Positions 12,952 to 23,167 of a DNA stretch of 64,000 nt are shown in pieces. The DNA comes from Candidatus Bathyarchaeota archaeon (GTDB taxonomy: Archaea > Thermoproteota > Bathyarchaeia > Bathyarchaeales > Bathycorpusculaceae), in assembly GCA_963782525.1 (NCBI GenBank), contig CAWAKC010000003.1, positions 399,548 to 463,547 of the forward strand, in the 5' to 3' direction. Each line of letters opens with the position of its first letter. Within the stretch, counting starts at the first letter, position 1. The position numbers and the translations under genes were made by a program. Below the pieces are notes generated by a model that saw only the letters and a list, made by a program, of their open reading frames with translations, ran no database searches and had not been told where the DNA came from.

Positions 12952-15235
12952 TTCAGAGTAAGGTCTGCCCTGAAAAACATGATCGGGAAAGAATTAATTA
13001 CTGATGATTTATTGCCATGTTTGAATTAGTTAAGACGCTTATGACGCCAACTCAAAGAAAGTGGAAATAGTTTTTAAGGATATCAAAGACGAGCGAAGGA
13101 GAAGTAATGCTCGAATTTAAATTTAGGACGAAGGGATGGCATGTCCCTGAACGACCTTAAAAACAAATGGTTACTTGTTCGGCTATCGGAAAAAAGAAGA
13201 TTGAAGAGCTCCTAAAAGAAAAAGTTTACAGGCAAAAATTAGGTGAAAAGAGAATTTTTGCAGGAGCGAAAGGTATAGGTCGCTTTTCATGTGACAGATT
13301 CGGAAAAAGTAGATTGTCTATTATGACAAACTACCAAGTCAGAGATTAACGTTTTAATAATCGATTGGACAAAATTAGAACAGAGTTCGATTGCTGAGTT
13401 TCAGGACATAGACGTTTCTCACTTCAAACAAAGTACAATTGATAGACGAATAGCTCCTAAGGGATTAAGCAAAGGAACGATAGTTGAAATTTCGGTCTAA
13501 ACAGTGTTTGGGATTACAAGAAACTTGTAGGATTAAAACAACATTTACAGCGCCTAATCAATCCGTCACAAATGGGCGTACAATCAAGATTTCGTCATTT
13601 ATATCGAAGCGAAGGAGTTCGTAAAGGAGGACGAAAAAAATGCTGAAAAACATCCAGACCTCGAACCTGTTAACGGACCAGTTAAGAATTTTGTTTTTGA
13701 AAAATTAGGGATTCAAACGACTTGGATAGGCTGTGGTATTGATGACAATGGTGAAACGTTAACAACTGAACTTTTTGATAAAGATAAGTTCATATTTAGA
13801 CTTAAAGAAAAAAACGAATATAGCCAGCTAAAGAACATAAACGTAAAACTTTTTTACTTGAACAAACCTGCAAAATCAACGTTCACAAGGATAATGGGTA
13901 TCCGTCCAGTTCGTTATGGCTCAATTTTTCTTTACAAGAATGGATTCAGGATTAGTCCTTACGGCAATGAAAGGGACGATTGGTTGGGACTAAAAGAAGA
14001 AAGGGTCAGGGAACCCGTAGGTATCTATCCACAAGAGAGCTTATTGGACGAATAGAACTCAACGGTTATCAACCGAGTTTCGTTGAAGTTTCCAGTAGGG
14101 ATGGCGGCGTCGTTAAGAATCCCCAATTTGATGAGTTGACAAAAAGTTTTTTCATGGAAAAAGTCTTGAGGCGTTTAGAACGATATGTGGTGGAAGGTCT
14201 TGAGTGGGATAACCCGAGCGCTATAAAAGGTCCAAAAGACCAGAGGCAATAAAAAGCGATAGCTTGATGATTATTGACCAGATAGTAGGTCAGGTAAAGG
14301 ATGAAAACAAAGAATTAGAATTTAACAAAGATTTGCTGAAAATTTATGCTGAAAAGGAAATCGAAAAAGCACCAGAACTCATCAAAAGCATCCAATCCTT
14401 GAAGAAATTTGCAAAAACTGAAGAAGACAAAAATCTTATTGACCAACAAGTTAAGGTGGTAAGCGGGCTATTCAGAAATTTCCAGATTCAAAATCAAGAG
14501 CTCCAAGAAGCGTTAAAGCAAAGAGAGAAACAGGTGTTGTTTCTCCAGCGAGTTACGGATGAGGGCACAAAGGAAATTATAGGTTTACAGCATCACATCA
14601 ACAATGCGACTAATATAATCAACACTCATCTGAAGAGAATGAGGGACCAAGCAGAAAACGAAAAGTCTGTTCCAAGCGATTTCATTCTTAATACTTTACA
14701 AAAGATAAGTATGCAAACGTTAACAATATCATCAGTCGCTTTATTCGTCACTCAGGCTAATTTTGATGTAATAGCTTCAAAAACTAAGCAAGATTTGATT
14801 ATGTTCCTAAAGCAATACATTGAAAATGCCTACGTTATGTTCAACAAGAAAAGGTTGGATTATGAGGGCATAACTATCAATGTTCACGTTGAGAAATGGA
14901 CTGAGTTCGTTTACAAATTTAATCCTTTAGATTTTATAATGGTTATCGACAATTTGATTAGTAACTCGAGAAAGGCGAAAGCGCATGTTATTGATGTTTA
15001 CATCATTAAGAAGAATGAAAACGAGTTAGAAATACGAGTCAAAGATGATGGAATTGGAATACCATCACAAAACATAGACAAACTTTTCAGTTTTGGGTTT
15101 TCAACAACTGACGGAGGCACAGGAATCGGGCTATATCAGGTTAAAAAAATCATTGACAAATATGGCGAAATGAAAATCAATAATTCTTTACTTAAAGGAG
15201 TGGAGTTCATAATCCAAGTGAGGCGGTCGCTTTGA
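12935..15235 (+). CDS. MORC/MutL-like GHKL ATPase fused to a C-terminal histidine kinase (multiple indels 12950-14260)
   Basis: N-terminal fragments IGKELITDD, FELVK.AYDA, GAKGIGRFSCDR, YKNGFRISPYGNERDDWLG, SSRDGG. C-terminal H-box GLQHHINN, N-box DNLISNSRKA, DDGIGIP, LFSFGFST, GGTGIGL. Confidence 0.8.
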
Positions 15236-16161
15236 ATTACAACATTTTATGGTTTGATGACAAAGACGATTATATAGAGACTCATGAACCAACACTACGA
15301 AACTATTTAAAAGAACTCGGTTTTGATTTAGTAGTTGTTTCCAGAGCAGATGACGGAAATCTTGAAGGCGTATTGAAATCCAGTCAACCCGACATAATTC
15401 TTATGGATTACTGTTTATCGAAAGGCGATGACGACGAGGATGAAACCAAACTAACAGGTGACACAGTAATCAGTAGGATAAGAGACTGCAACCTCGACGT
15501 CGAAACCGTTCTTTATTCCAGAGACCCATTGTTTCCAACAAATGTTTCAGAAAAGCTTGAAGGCGTATGGTTCGCTACTCACACTGAGCTACCTGAAAAA
15601 GCAAAAAAAGTTATTTCATTAACTATCAAAAAACAGCAAGAAATTAGTAACATTCGTGGGCTGTTTATTGCAGAAGCAATTGACATAGCAAGCGAAATGG
15701 AAGAATTAATAATAAAAATACTGAATCTTCAGGCACCTGCGAGAATAGATATTTTCCGGTCTTATATCATGTATTCCGAGTTTTTCAGTGATTTTGAAAA
15801 ATACAATTTTATTCAGAATATTTTGAAAGAAAAACAGAAAATATTAAAGGAAATTGCCAACGGAAAGTATAGCAAGGCAGAGAAGAAACAAGCTTCAGAC
15901 CTTCTCCAAATTCTTGACCCATTAATAGCTAAGTACAATAAAATGGAGACCGAAGTTATCGTACAAAGAAATCAATTGGCACACTCAAAACCTGCACCAG
16001 ATAACAGTGGACTTATTCACAAAGGCAAAATAATAAAACTCGACGCACCCAAATGCAAGAAAATTAGGGATGATTTTCTAGCACACAGGGAAAATATCAA
16101 GAAGATTAGCGAAAATATTGAAAAAATATTAGATGTGAATTATCCAGAAACAGCAGACTAA
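15232..16161 (+). CDS. Response-regulator receiver protein with C-terminal helical HEPN-like domain
   Basis: REC motifs ILWFDD, DIILMDY, LYSR. C-terminal RNQLAH (RxxxxH). Start overlaps the kinase stop. Confidence 0.72.
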   Translation: MNYNILWFDDKDDYIETHEPTLRNYLKELGFDLVVVSRADDGNLEGVLKSSQPDIILMDYCLSKGDDDEDETKLTGDTVISRIRDCNLDVETVLYSRDPLFPTNVSEKLEGVWFATHTELPEKAKKVISLTIKKQQEISNIRGLFIAEAIDIASEMEELIIKILNLQAPARIDIFRSYIMYSEFFSDFEKYNFIQNILKEKQKILKEIANGKYSKAEKKQASDLLQILDPLIAKYNKMETEVIVQRNQLAHSKPAPDNSGLIHKGKIIKLDAPKCKKIRDDFLAHRENIKKISENIEKILDVNYPETAD

Positions 16162-16363
16162 GAATAGTCTCTCGGGAATTACGACAATCTTAAAACATTT
16201 ACTTCTTTTTGAAAACGTTGCAATAGAAAGAGAGCAAATGAGCTGTTAAAACCTACTACAGACTGACCTAGATTCACATTCACACATAATTCTATTTAGA
16301 GTTGACCGCGAAAACATATACCACAATTTAATTGGATGTAAAACTACAAATTTAGCTCGTGAA

Positions 16364-16576
16364 ATGGGCTTGAATATTTCAAAGACCTATGAAAACGCTT
16401 TAAAATTAGCAATTAGTCGGCTGAGAGGAACAAATGGTGAAACAACGAATGCCTTACCGCAATTCGGAGCTAATTTTAGTGTGGTGGACCGGACGGGATT
16501 TGAACCCACGACTTCCGCGTTGCGAACGCAGTGCTCAAGCTTTTTTACTGGTTTTCAGTTTGCAATTGTTTTTTGA
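16364..16576 (+). CDS. Small CcdA/RHH-like ORF reading through a tRNA fragment (int(N)-like segment of a split integrase)
   Basis: GLNISKTYENAL followed by VVDRTGFEPTTSALRT, which is the antisense translation of a tRNA 3' half. Confidence 0.45.
   Translation: MGLNISKTYENALKLAISRLRGTNGETTNALPQFGANFSVVDRTGFEPTTSALRTQCSSFFTGFQFAIVF
16482..16536 (-). tRNA. 3' fragment (55 nt) of tRNA-Ala(CGC); probable att site, not a complete tRNA
   Basis: Minus strand gagcactgcgTTCGCAAcgcggaagtcgtgggTTCAAATcccgtCCGGTCCACCA. Anticodon CGC, T-loop, U70 of the Ala G3:U70 pair and CCA are present; no 5' acceptor or D arm upstream. Confidence 0.85.
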
Positions 16577-16629
16577 GGTTGATTTAGATAAACTTGTGCA
16601 TAGTTAACCTGATTTGTTATGCCATAAGC

Positions 16630-16775
16630 CTATACTTCGATTGGTTGAACATATTTCGGGAAAGCAACTCTTTTTCCAAATATGTCTTCAAATTGGTTGG
16701 GGTTGGTGGTGTGGATTGGATCTATTTTTGCTGGGTTGATTCTCTGTATTAGTTCTTTGAGTTCGAGTTTTGAGC
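16630..16775 (-). pseudogene. C-terminal fragment of a metallo-beta-lactamase/beta-CASP (RNase J-like) hydrolase
   Basis: ELKELIQRINPAKIDPIHTTNP resembles the RMMBL tail; the N-terminal part is absent. Confidence 0.5.
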
Positions 16776-16848
16776 TCGTCTCGAAACGTATCAGCGTTTG
16801 AACGGTCGATGAACTAACAAATCTTAAATTCATTTCTTTACCAATAAC

Positions 16849-19800
16849 ATGTATGACAATCTACCGGTCCTTGGGCGTTACTGGATGACTAACCTTTTTG
16901 ATAATTTAAATTCCCAGCAGCAAGAGGCAGTTAAAGAAATTGAAAGACCTCTTCTCATTATTGCTGGGGCTGGTTCAGGTAAGACTCTTACAGTGGCGAG
17001 CAAAGTTGCTTATCTGATCGATCAGGGTGTTAGGCCTGAGAATATTTTGGCGTTAGCGTTTAACCAGAAGGCAGCCGAGGAGCTAAAAGAAAGAGTCATC
17101 GGTATGTTGGATATTTCAGAGGATTTGAGTATATCGACTTTTCACTCTTTTTGTAACCAAGTTATTCAGGATAATATTCTCAACACTAAACTTAATGCTA
17201 ACTTTAAGGTAATTACGGATACCGCTCAACTAGTTTTTTTAACTAAGAACATCAACAGCTTTGGAATTGAACATCTTGAGTTCAATCATGAGCCTTATAC
17301 GTTAGCTGAAGAAATGGCAAAGTTCATTTCAAGGTGTAAAGACGAATCAATCTCACCAGATGACATCCAACAATATATTGAAAAACAAGAAAAGAAAACT
17401 CTTGATGATGAAGATCTTGAGGACTTATACTGCCTAAAAGATATTTTGAAGATTTTTCGGGCTTACGAGGATTACAAGTTAGAAAATAACATGCTTGATT
17501 TCGGAGACATGCTCTGCACCGTCCATAACCTACTGAAAAACAAACCGTTAATCTTAAAAAAATATCGGGGAAAATTCCAATATGTCATAGTTGATGAATT
17601 CCAAGACACTAACTACATCCAACTGCAGATAGTCTATTTGATAGCTAGCCAACACGGCCACATCACCGTGGTAGGAGATGACGACCAAAGCATCTACCGG
17701 TTCCGAGGCGCATACCTTACCAACATAGCTGAATTCAAAAAAATGTTCCTTAACTACGTTGAAAAAACCTTAGAACATAACTACAGAAGCACCAAAAAAA
17801 TCGTAGCAACCGCCAACAAACTAATCGAAAACAGCCCTGAAAGAACAATTAAGAAACTTTTCACAACCAACCCTGACGGAGAAAACGTAGCGGTTGTAGA
17901 AACTCCAAGCGACACATCGCAAGCAAACTATATTCTTGAAACAGTCAAAGAACTCCTAAAAAAATATCCTTTGCAAGACATAGCGATATTGTGCAGGCGA
18001 AGAGCATCTGCGGAACCAATAATCAAAGCCTTGAGAAAACAAGCCATACGCTTCAACTTTGTTGGTGAGGCAGGCTTCTTCCAAGAACCCATAATAAAAG
18101 ACGTTACAGCTTACCTCAAAGTCATAAGTAACCCACTGGAAAACAATGTTGAAATAGTTAGGATTTTAAACCGAAACAACTATGGCATTAAGCAAATTGA
18201 GATATGCAAATTCAACTGCTACGCAGATCAAAATGACCTTTCATTATTCGAGGTATTTAACCACCTGGGCGAGTTAGATGTGGATAAATTCAAGTTTCTC
18301 CAAGTCAAACAGACACTCTCCGACTTAATTAGCGCCAAAAAGAGGCTTCGAACACTGGACCTCATTCACAGCTTGCTTTTTGAACGTGAATTCTACAAAT
18401 ACGAAATCGCACTCCAAAACAACCGAAACATAGCGCTCCTAAACCAGTTCTACGAATTCGCAGAGGAATTCAACAACATCTACCCCCATAATGACATAGA
18501 AGACTTGACAGAGTATCTGTCCTTTGCCTCTAACTTTGAAATTGAAGAAAAAAACCTTGAAGAACAAGCTGTAGTCATCTCAACAATTCATGGCGTTAAA
18601 GGTATGCAGTATCCTGTGGTTATAATTCCTGATCTTGTCGAGCGAAAAATGCCTACAAATTATCAGAAAGACAAGTTTGCCATACCGCTGGAATTACTTA
18701 AGGGTGTGCAATCAAAATTTGATGAAAAGGAACTTCATCTGCAAGAGGAAAGAAGACTATTTTATGTAGCATTAACCAGGGCAAAAGACAAACTAATTAT
18801 TACTTACGCTAAAAGATACGGCGAAAATAAAACTGATTCTAAACCCTCAAAATTCTTAAAAGAACTAAACTACCAACAAAACGAAAACATAGATTTCCAA
18901 CAAGCCAACGCTCAAGATCTCTCTGCTGAATCTGCAACAGAAGAAAATCAAACGCAAACACGCCTCATGAAACAAGTAATATCCAATCTGGCAACTGGAA
19001 AATTCAACCAAGCCCTCGAAAACGTGCTCTTATACGCTAAATCAACAAACAAAAACCTGGATATCCAAGCTGAATTAATAGGTAAACTAAAAGAACCCGA
19101 CTACTCAACGCTGGAACAAGCTCACGAAGAACCTGTTACAGTATCCGAAAACCATGTGTTTAGTGTCTCGCAATTTGTCGGCTACAAGAAATGCCCCAGA
19201 CTCTACCAGTATCGCCATGTTATGAAAATTCCAGAGAAACCAAGATACTACTTTGACTTCGGCTCCTCACTACACAGCATCGCAGAACAATTAACAAGGA
19301 TGCAGAAAGACGGCAAAGCCATCAACGAAACTGTTGCAGAGGAGCTTCTTGCGAAGTTCTGGGATCCAAAAGGCTACAAATCAAAAATTGATGAAAAAAG
19401 AGATTATGATGAAGCCAAGGCGATTTTGAAAGTTTTCCTAGATGAGCAGGCCAAGAGCAAAACCGAGATTTTGGATATAGAACGATGGTTTGAAACATCT
19501 ATTGGCGACATCAAACTGCGAGGACGAATCGACCGCATCGACAAAGATGAATCCGGCTTCACAGTTGTGGACTACAAGACAAGCAAGAAAGCATCATCTC
19601 TTAACGAACTCAAAAAAGACATGCAAATGCTGGTCTATGCACTTGCTGTTAAAGAGATCTACCCTGGCAACAATCCGTTGAAGGTGGGAAACTGGTTCTT
19701 ACGATCTAACGAGAAAGTGTTCTTTGAACCCGAAAACCAAGCCATCGAAGCCATGCAAACAGAGATCGCAGAGATGGCAGCAAAAATCAAGGCAGCAGCA

Positions 19801-19866
19801 TTTGAACCCAAAAAAGGAAGCTGGGAATGCAACTACTGCGACTACAGCTGCCTCTGCGACCAATAA
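16849..19866 (+). CDS. UvrD/PcrA-like SF1 helicase with C-terminal PD-(D/E)XK (Cas4/AddB-like, 4-Cys) nuclease
   Basis: AGAGSGKT, VDEFQDTN, VGDDDQSIYRFRGA, NYRS, EERRLFYVALTRAK, then KKCPR...GRIDRID...VDYKT...CNYCDYSCLC. Confidence 0.93.
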   Translation: MYDNLPVLGRYWMTNLFDNLNSQQQEAVKEIERPLLIIAGAGSGKTLTVASKVAYLIDQGVRPENILALAFNQKAAEELKERVIGMLDISEDLSISTFHSFCNQVIQDNILNTKLNANFKVITDTAQLVFLTKNINSFGIEHLEFNHEPYTLAEEMAKFISRCKDESISPDDIQQYIEKQEKKTLDDEDLEDLYCLKDILKIFRAYEDYKLENNMLDFGDMLCTVHNLLKNKPLILKKYRGKFQYVIVDEFQDTNYIQLQIVYLIASQHGHITVVGDDDQSIYRFRGAYLTNIAEFKKMFLNYVEKTLEHNYRSTKKIVATANKLIENSPERTIKKLFTTNPDGENVAVVETPSDTSQANYILETVKELLKKYPLQDIAILCRRRASAEPIIKALRKQAIRFNFVGEAGFFQEPIIKDVTAYLKVISNPLENNVEIVRILNRNNYGIKQIEICKFNCYADQNDLSLFEVFNHLGELDVDKFKFLQVKQTLSDLISAKKRLRTLDLIHSLLFEREFYKYEIALQNNRNIALLNQFYEFAEEFNNIYPHNDIEDLTEYLSFASNFEIEEKNLEEQAVVISTIHGVKGMQYPVVIIPDLVERKMPTNYQKDKFAIPLELLKGVQSKFDEKELHLQEERRLFYVALTRAKDKLIITYAKRYGENKTDSKPSKFLKELNYQQNENIDFQQANAQDLSAESATEENQTQTRLMKQVISNLATGKFNQALENVLLYAKSTNKNLDIQAELIGKLKEPDYSTLEQAHEEPVTVSENHVFSVSQFVGYKKCPRLYQYRHVMKIPEKPRYYFDFGSSLHSIAEQLTRMQKDGKAINETVAEELLAKFWDPKGYKSKIDEKRDYDEAKAILKVFLDEQAKSKTEILDIERWFETSIGDIKLRGRIDRIDKDESGFTVVDYKTSKKASSLNELKKDMQMLVYALAVKEIYPGNNPLKVGNWFLRSNEKVFFEPENQAIEAMQTEIAEMAAKIKAAAFEPKKGSWECNYCDYSCLCDQ

Positions 19867-19893
19867 TCGGGAACTATCCTCAGGTATTGCCTC

Positions 19894-20025
19894 TTACGTT
19901 AGGTCGTCAAACATGCTGTCGGATTTCTCAGTTAACTGGTCGTCCCAGCATTCCCAACACATTCCCTCATAGTTATCGGTAGTCTTCTTTGGATATTTCT
20001 CGACAACAAACCTGACAACATATTT
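19894..20025 (-). pseudogene. Frameshifted copy of the small CxxC/CWEC zinc-finger gene
   Basis: CQVCCREISKED/YEGMCWECWDDQLTEKSDSMFDDLT; homologous to 23002..23151. Confidence 0.7.
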
Positions 20026-20114
20026 TTTACCAGCCGGGTGTCAACCTACTGCACTAATATCTTCGTTCCATAAGATTGAAAAACTTATATAGAATTTCAG
20101 TATAATGGAACAAC

Positions 20115-21054
20115 ATGAAAACTCCCACAGGCGAGTACTCCTTCAGCAAGGTAGAATTACAAATACTCAAAGAAATAGCAAAAGGAAACTATGAGTTGTC
20201 CTCAATCCAAACAAGGCTCTCTATGAAGCCCTCGCTTTTAACATACACGCTAAAAAAACTGCAAAATAAAGGTATAGTAAAATTTACTCACAAAGGAACC
20301 AAAAAGCAGGCATACTTTAGCGAATATAAAACATGCCACACTACTAAAAGACCTACTGTCAATCTATGATTATGTAGACTGGGAAAACGTGATAAACGGT
20401 AAATCCATCGAAATACTCTTCCAAACCTTAAGCGCATTTAAAGAGTCCTTGAGCATTCCGAGGAACACTCGTTGGCGTCACATGAAAAATTTTAAATCCC
20501 GAGGAATATTTACACAAGAAGGCAAAATTAATCCTCAGTTCAGAGGTCTTTCGGAATTTTTAAAGGAGTATCAAAGCTTTTTTGCTAAAAAGATTGCAAG
20601 CACACTTTCCGAGAACGCTTTAATACTTTGGCAAGAGGGCATGGACTTTCTAGTAAGGACACCAAAAAATACACGGCAAGCAACTGAAAACTTCCATAAA
20701 ACAGCAACCTCTAAATTCAGCGAATATGGGCTACCGCTTTTCTCTGAATTTGACATCTACTTTTACTCAACTAACAAGAAAACAATTAGACCAGAAGATG
20801 TTATATTGCATACGTTACTCATTGAACCAAACAATGTGCGCTACACAACTTACGCCCTATTATTACTAAGGAAAGTCCACAAACAAATTGATGTAACCTA
20901 CCTACAAAAAGAATCCGAAAGATATGGGTTGAAAAACCAAATAGGTGCAATGCTCCAATTTTTAGAAACCCACATACGCCCAGAAGGTCAATCGCTGCCT
21001 GCATGGGACGAATTTATAATCAAAGCAGAGGACTACGGAGTTATGGTTGAATGA
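20115..21054 (+). CDS. wHTH-containing protein paired with a nucleotidyltransferase (frameshift near 20330 splits it into two ORFs)
   Basis: N-terminal MarR-like HTH; the stop overlaps the start of the NTase gene. Confidence 0.55.
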
Positions 21055-22031
21055 CACAAAGACGCTCATTTGACAAAAATTACCTCCAACAAGAATTCGA
21101 TAAAATAAATGCAACAGTAAAACAGCCCATGACACTGTACCTCATAGGCGGAGGCGCCATGGCATTCTACGGTCTAAAAGATGCCACAAAAGACATAGAC
21201 ATAATCCTCACCAGCCAAGACAACCTAAACAACCTGCAAACAACCCTCAAAGCCACAGAGTACAAAGAGCCAAACCCAATTCTCATCACCAGAGCATACA
21301 ATAAAATGCAAACCAACGCCATACTGGAAAACCAGGACGGTTTCAGATGGGACCTATTTCTAAGTAAAGTTTGCAACGCCCTAACATTATCTGGCGAAAT
21401 GCAGAAGAGAGCAACCCCACTCTACCAAGGCACCCACCTAAAAGTCCGCATAGCTTCAAAAGAAGACCTCTTCCTCTTCAAAGGAATCACTGAACGAGAA
21501 GCAGATTTAGACGACATGAGAATACTTGCCCAATCGGGTCTCAACTGGCAAATCATAACCCAAGAATGCAAGAGTCAATCTGAGGTTTCGGGTGTTTGTT
21601 GGGAAGATGCACTCTACCAAAACCTAGTGGACCTTAAAACAAAATACGGCATAGAATCTCCCATCGAAAAAACCCTCCGAAAAGTTGCAGAACGAAAGAT
21701 AATTGAAACAACACTGATTAGGCAAATCCAAAAGGGAAACCACACCGTCCAAAGCATAGCCAAAGAAATCAAGGAGCCGCAAAACTTCATCCGAGAAGAA
21801 CTCAAGCAATTAGCAGACAAGGGACAAATTAAAATTGATAGATCAAACAAACCCCATAAATTCTTGCTTAATGAAAAACCAACTAAAAACATACCTCTTC
21901 CGAATGCTCCGCAAAAAGAAGGAGAAAAATGGCTTCCAACAAGCAAGGGAAATAAAGACTTAAAAAGCCTCGCTGAAAACGCCGCAACAGAAGACGCCGT
22001 GAGTAGAGCCAAAAGGCGAAATCAACTTTGA
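21051..22031 (+). CDS. DUF6036/AbiEii-like nucleotidyltransferase with C-terminal HTH
   Basis: YLIGGGAMAFYGLKDATKDIDII; EDLFLFKGITEREADLDD. Confidence 0.8.
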   Translation: MTQRRSFDKNYLQQEFDKINATVKQPMTLYLIGGGAMAFYGLKDATKDIDIILTSQDNLNNLQTTLKATEYKEPNPILITRAYNKMQTNAILENQDGFRWDLFLSKVCNALTLSGEMQKRATPLYQGTHLKVRIASKEDLFLFKGITEREADLDDMRILAQSGLNWQIITQECKSQSEVSGVCWEDALYQNLVDLKTKYGIESPIEKTLRKVAERKIIETTLIRQIQKGNHTVQSIAKEIKEPQNFIREELKQLADKGQIKIDRSNKPHKFLLNEKPTKNIPLPNAPQKEGEKWLPTSKGNKDLKSLAENAATEDAVSRAKRRNQL

Positions 22032-22280
22032 TGATCGAAACTGACAGGGTATATGCCTAAGTCCCTAAAAGCAATAGACAATTTGACTTTTCTTGATACA
22101 ACCTTTGAAATCGATCTACTTGCGTTGGCGTTGATAAGGCAATATGGCTTCACATCTCTCTTTGATACCTACTACGCGGCAACAGCACTCAATCAAGTGG
22201 ACGATAACACAATAATCTCGACAGACACAGTGTTCGACTGCATACCCGGCATAAAAAGAATCGATCCACGAAAAATCTAA
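22031..22280 (+). pseudogene. Truncated PIN-domain (VapC-like) toxin
   Basis: SLFDTYYAATAL...IISTDTVFD; N-terminus incomplete. Confidence 0.65.
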
Positions 22281-22366
22281 ACCTACTTTCAACGTTTCTT
22301 TAGATACGATGTTTTGTTGGTTTGACCCGGAATAAAGTTTTATAGGTAGCTGTATACAATAATTAA

Positions 22367-22597
22367 ATGGTGTATACGGTGACTGAGGTTTTATCTGTAA
22401 GGGTTAAAAAAACCTTGAAAGACGAAGCTGAGAAGCTTGGAGTTGACTTAAGAGTGGCCGTAGAGCAGCTTCTTGAGGAACTTGTATCTGAGAAAAAAGC
22501 CAAAGCACAAAATGTCGCCAAAGAACTCAGCAGCCTTATGGATGTTAAAGCTGAGGAGTGGGTAAATGACGTTAAAGCCACAAGGCACGAAATGTAA
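22367..22597 (+). CDS. VapB/RHH-type antitoxin
   Basis: VLSVRVKKTLKDEAEKLGVD; directly upstream of a PIN gene. Confidence 0.75.
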   Translation: MVYTVTEVLSVRVKKTLKDEAEKLGVDLRVAVEQLLEELVSEKKAKAQNVAKELSSLMDVKAEEWVNDVKATRHEM

Positions 22598-22966
22598 GTA
22601 CCTCATTGACACATCTGCACTCTACCCACTACTAATTTCCGGGGTAGCCTTCAACGTTGAGGAATGCGCAGTGAGTTCCTTAACCGAATATGAGGTTGGC
22701 AACGTTCTGTGGAAGGAGAACAAACAAAAAAACTAAAAGATCCCAGAAGAATAGCTGCGATTTTTTCTGAAGCACTTGGTCCTCTAAGAAAAATAGCGAT
22801 AGATTCGCTATCCAATGTTTTAGCCTTAGCAATAGAGAGAAATCTCACTTTCTATGACGCATCATATGCTTACCTGGCGGAGAAAGAAAACCTAAGATTA
22901 GTCACCCAGGACATAGATTTGCTAAAAAAATGCAAGACAGCAATCACAATAAAAGAAATGAAGTAA
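22566..22966 (+). CDS. vapC: VapC PIN toxin, frameshifted in an A7 run near 22730
   Basis: YLIDTSALY...EYEVGNVLWK then LTFYDASYAYLA...LVTQD. Confidence 0.8.
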
Positions 22967-23001
22967 CTTGGGCTTTTGGATTAAAAAGGAGCAAGCTTGA
23001 A

Positions 23002-23151
23002 GTGACTCAAGAAAGAAATGTCAAAAAATGCAAGGTTTGTAGAAAAGAAATCAGCAAGCAGGACAGCGAAAGCTACGAGGGCATGTGTTGGGAATGCTGG
23101 GATAACCAGTTAACAGAGGAATCTGACAGCATGTTCGACGAACTAATGTAA
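23002..23151 (+). CDS. Small zinc-finger protein (CxxC-x14-CxxC, acidic tail)
   Basis: CKVCRKEISKQDSESYEGMCWECWDNQLTEESD; three degraded paralogues in the window. Confidence 0.65.
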   Translation: MTQERNVKKCKVCRKEISKQDSESYEGMCWECWDNQLTEESDSMFDELM

Positions 23152-23167
23152 GGAGAGAGGTATTATT

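Noticed and set aside
16482-16560. Complete tRNA-Ala gene
   Set aside because: The 5' acceptor strand and D arm are absent, so it is reported only as a fragment.
17028-17034. GTTAGGC integron core site inside uvrD
   Set aside because: No paired RYYYAAC or attC hairpin and no integron integrase; a 7-mer match is expected by chance.
19150-19866. cas4 gene or CRISPR-Cas locus
   Set aside because: The Cas4-like nuclease is the fused C-terminal domain of the UvrD helicase; no cas1 or array is seen.
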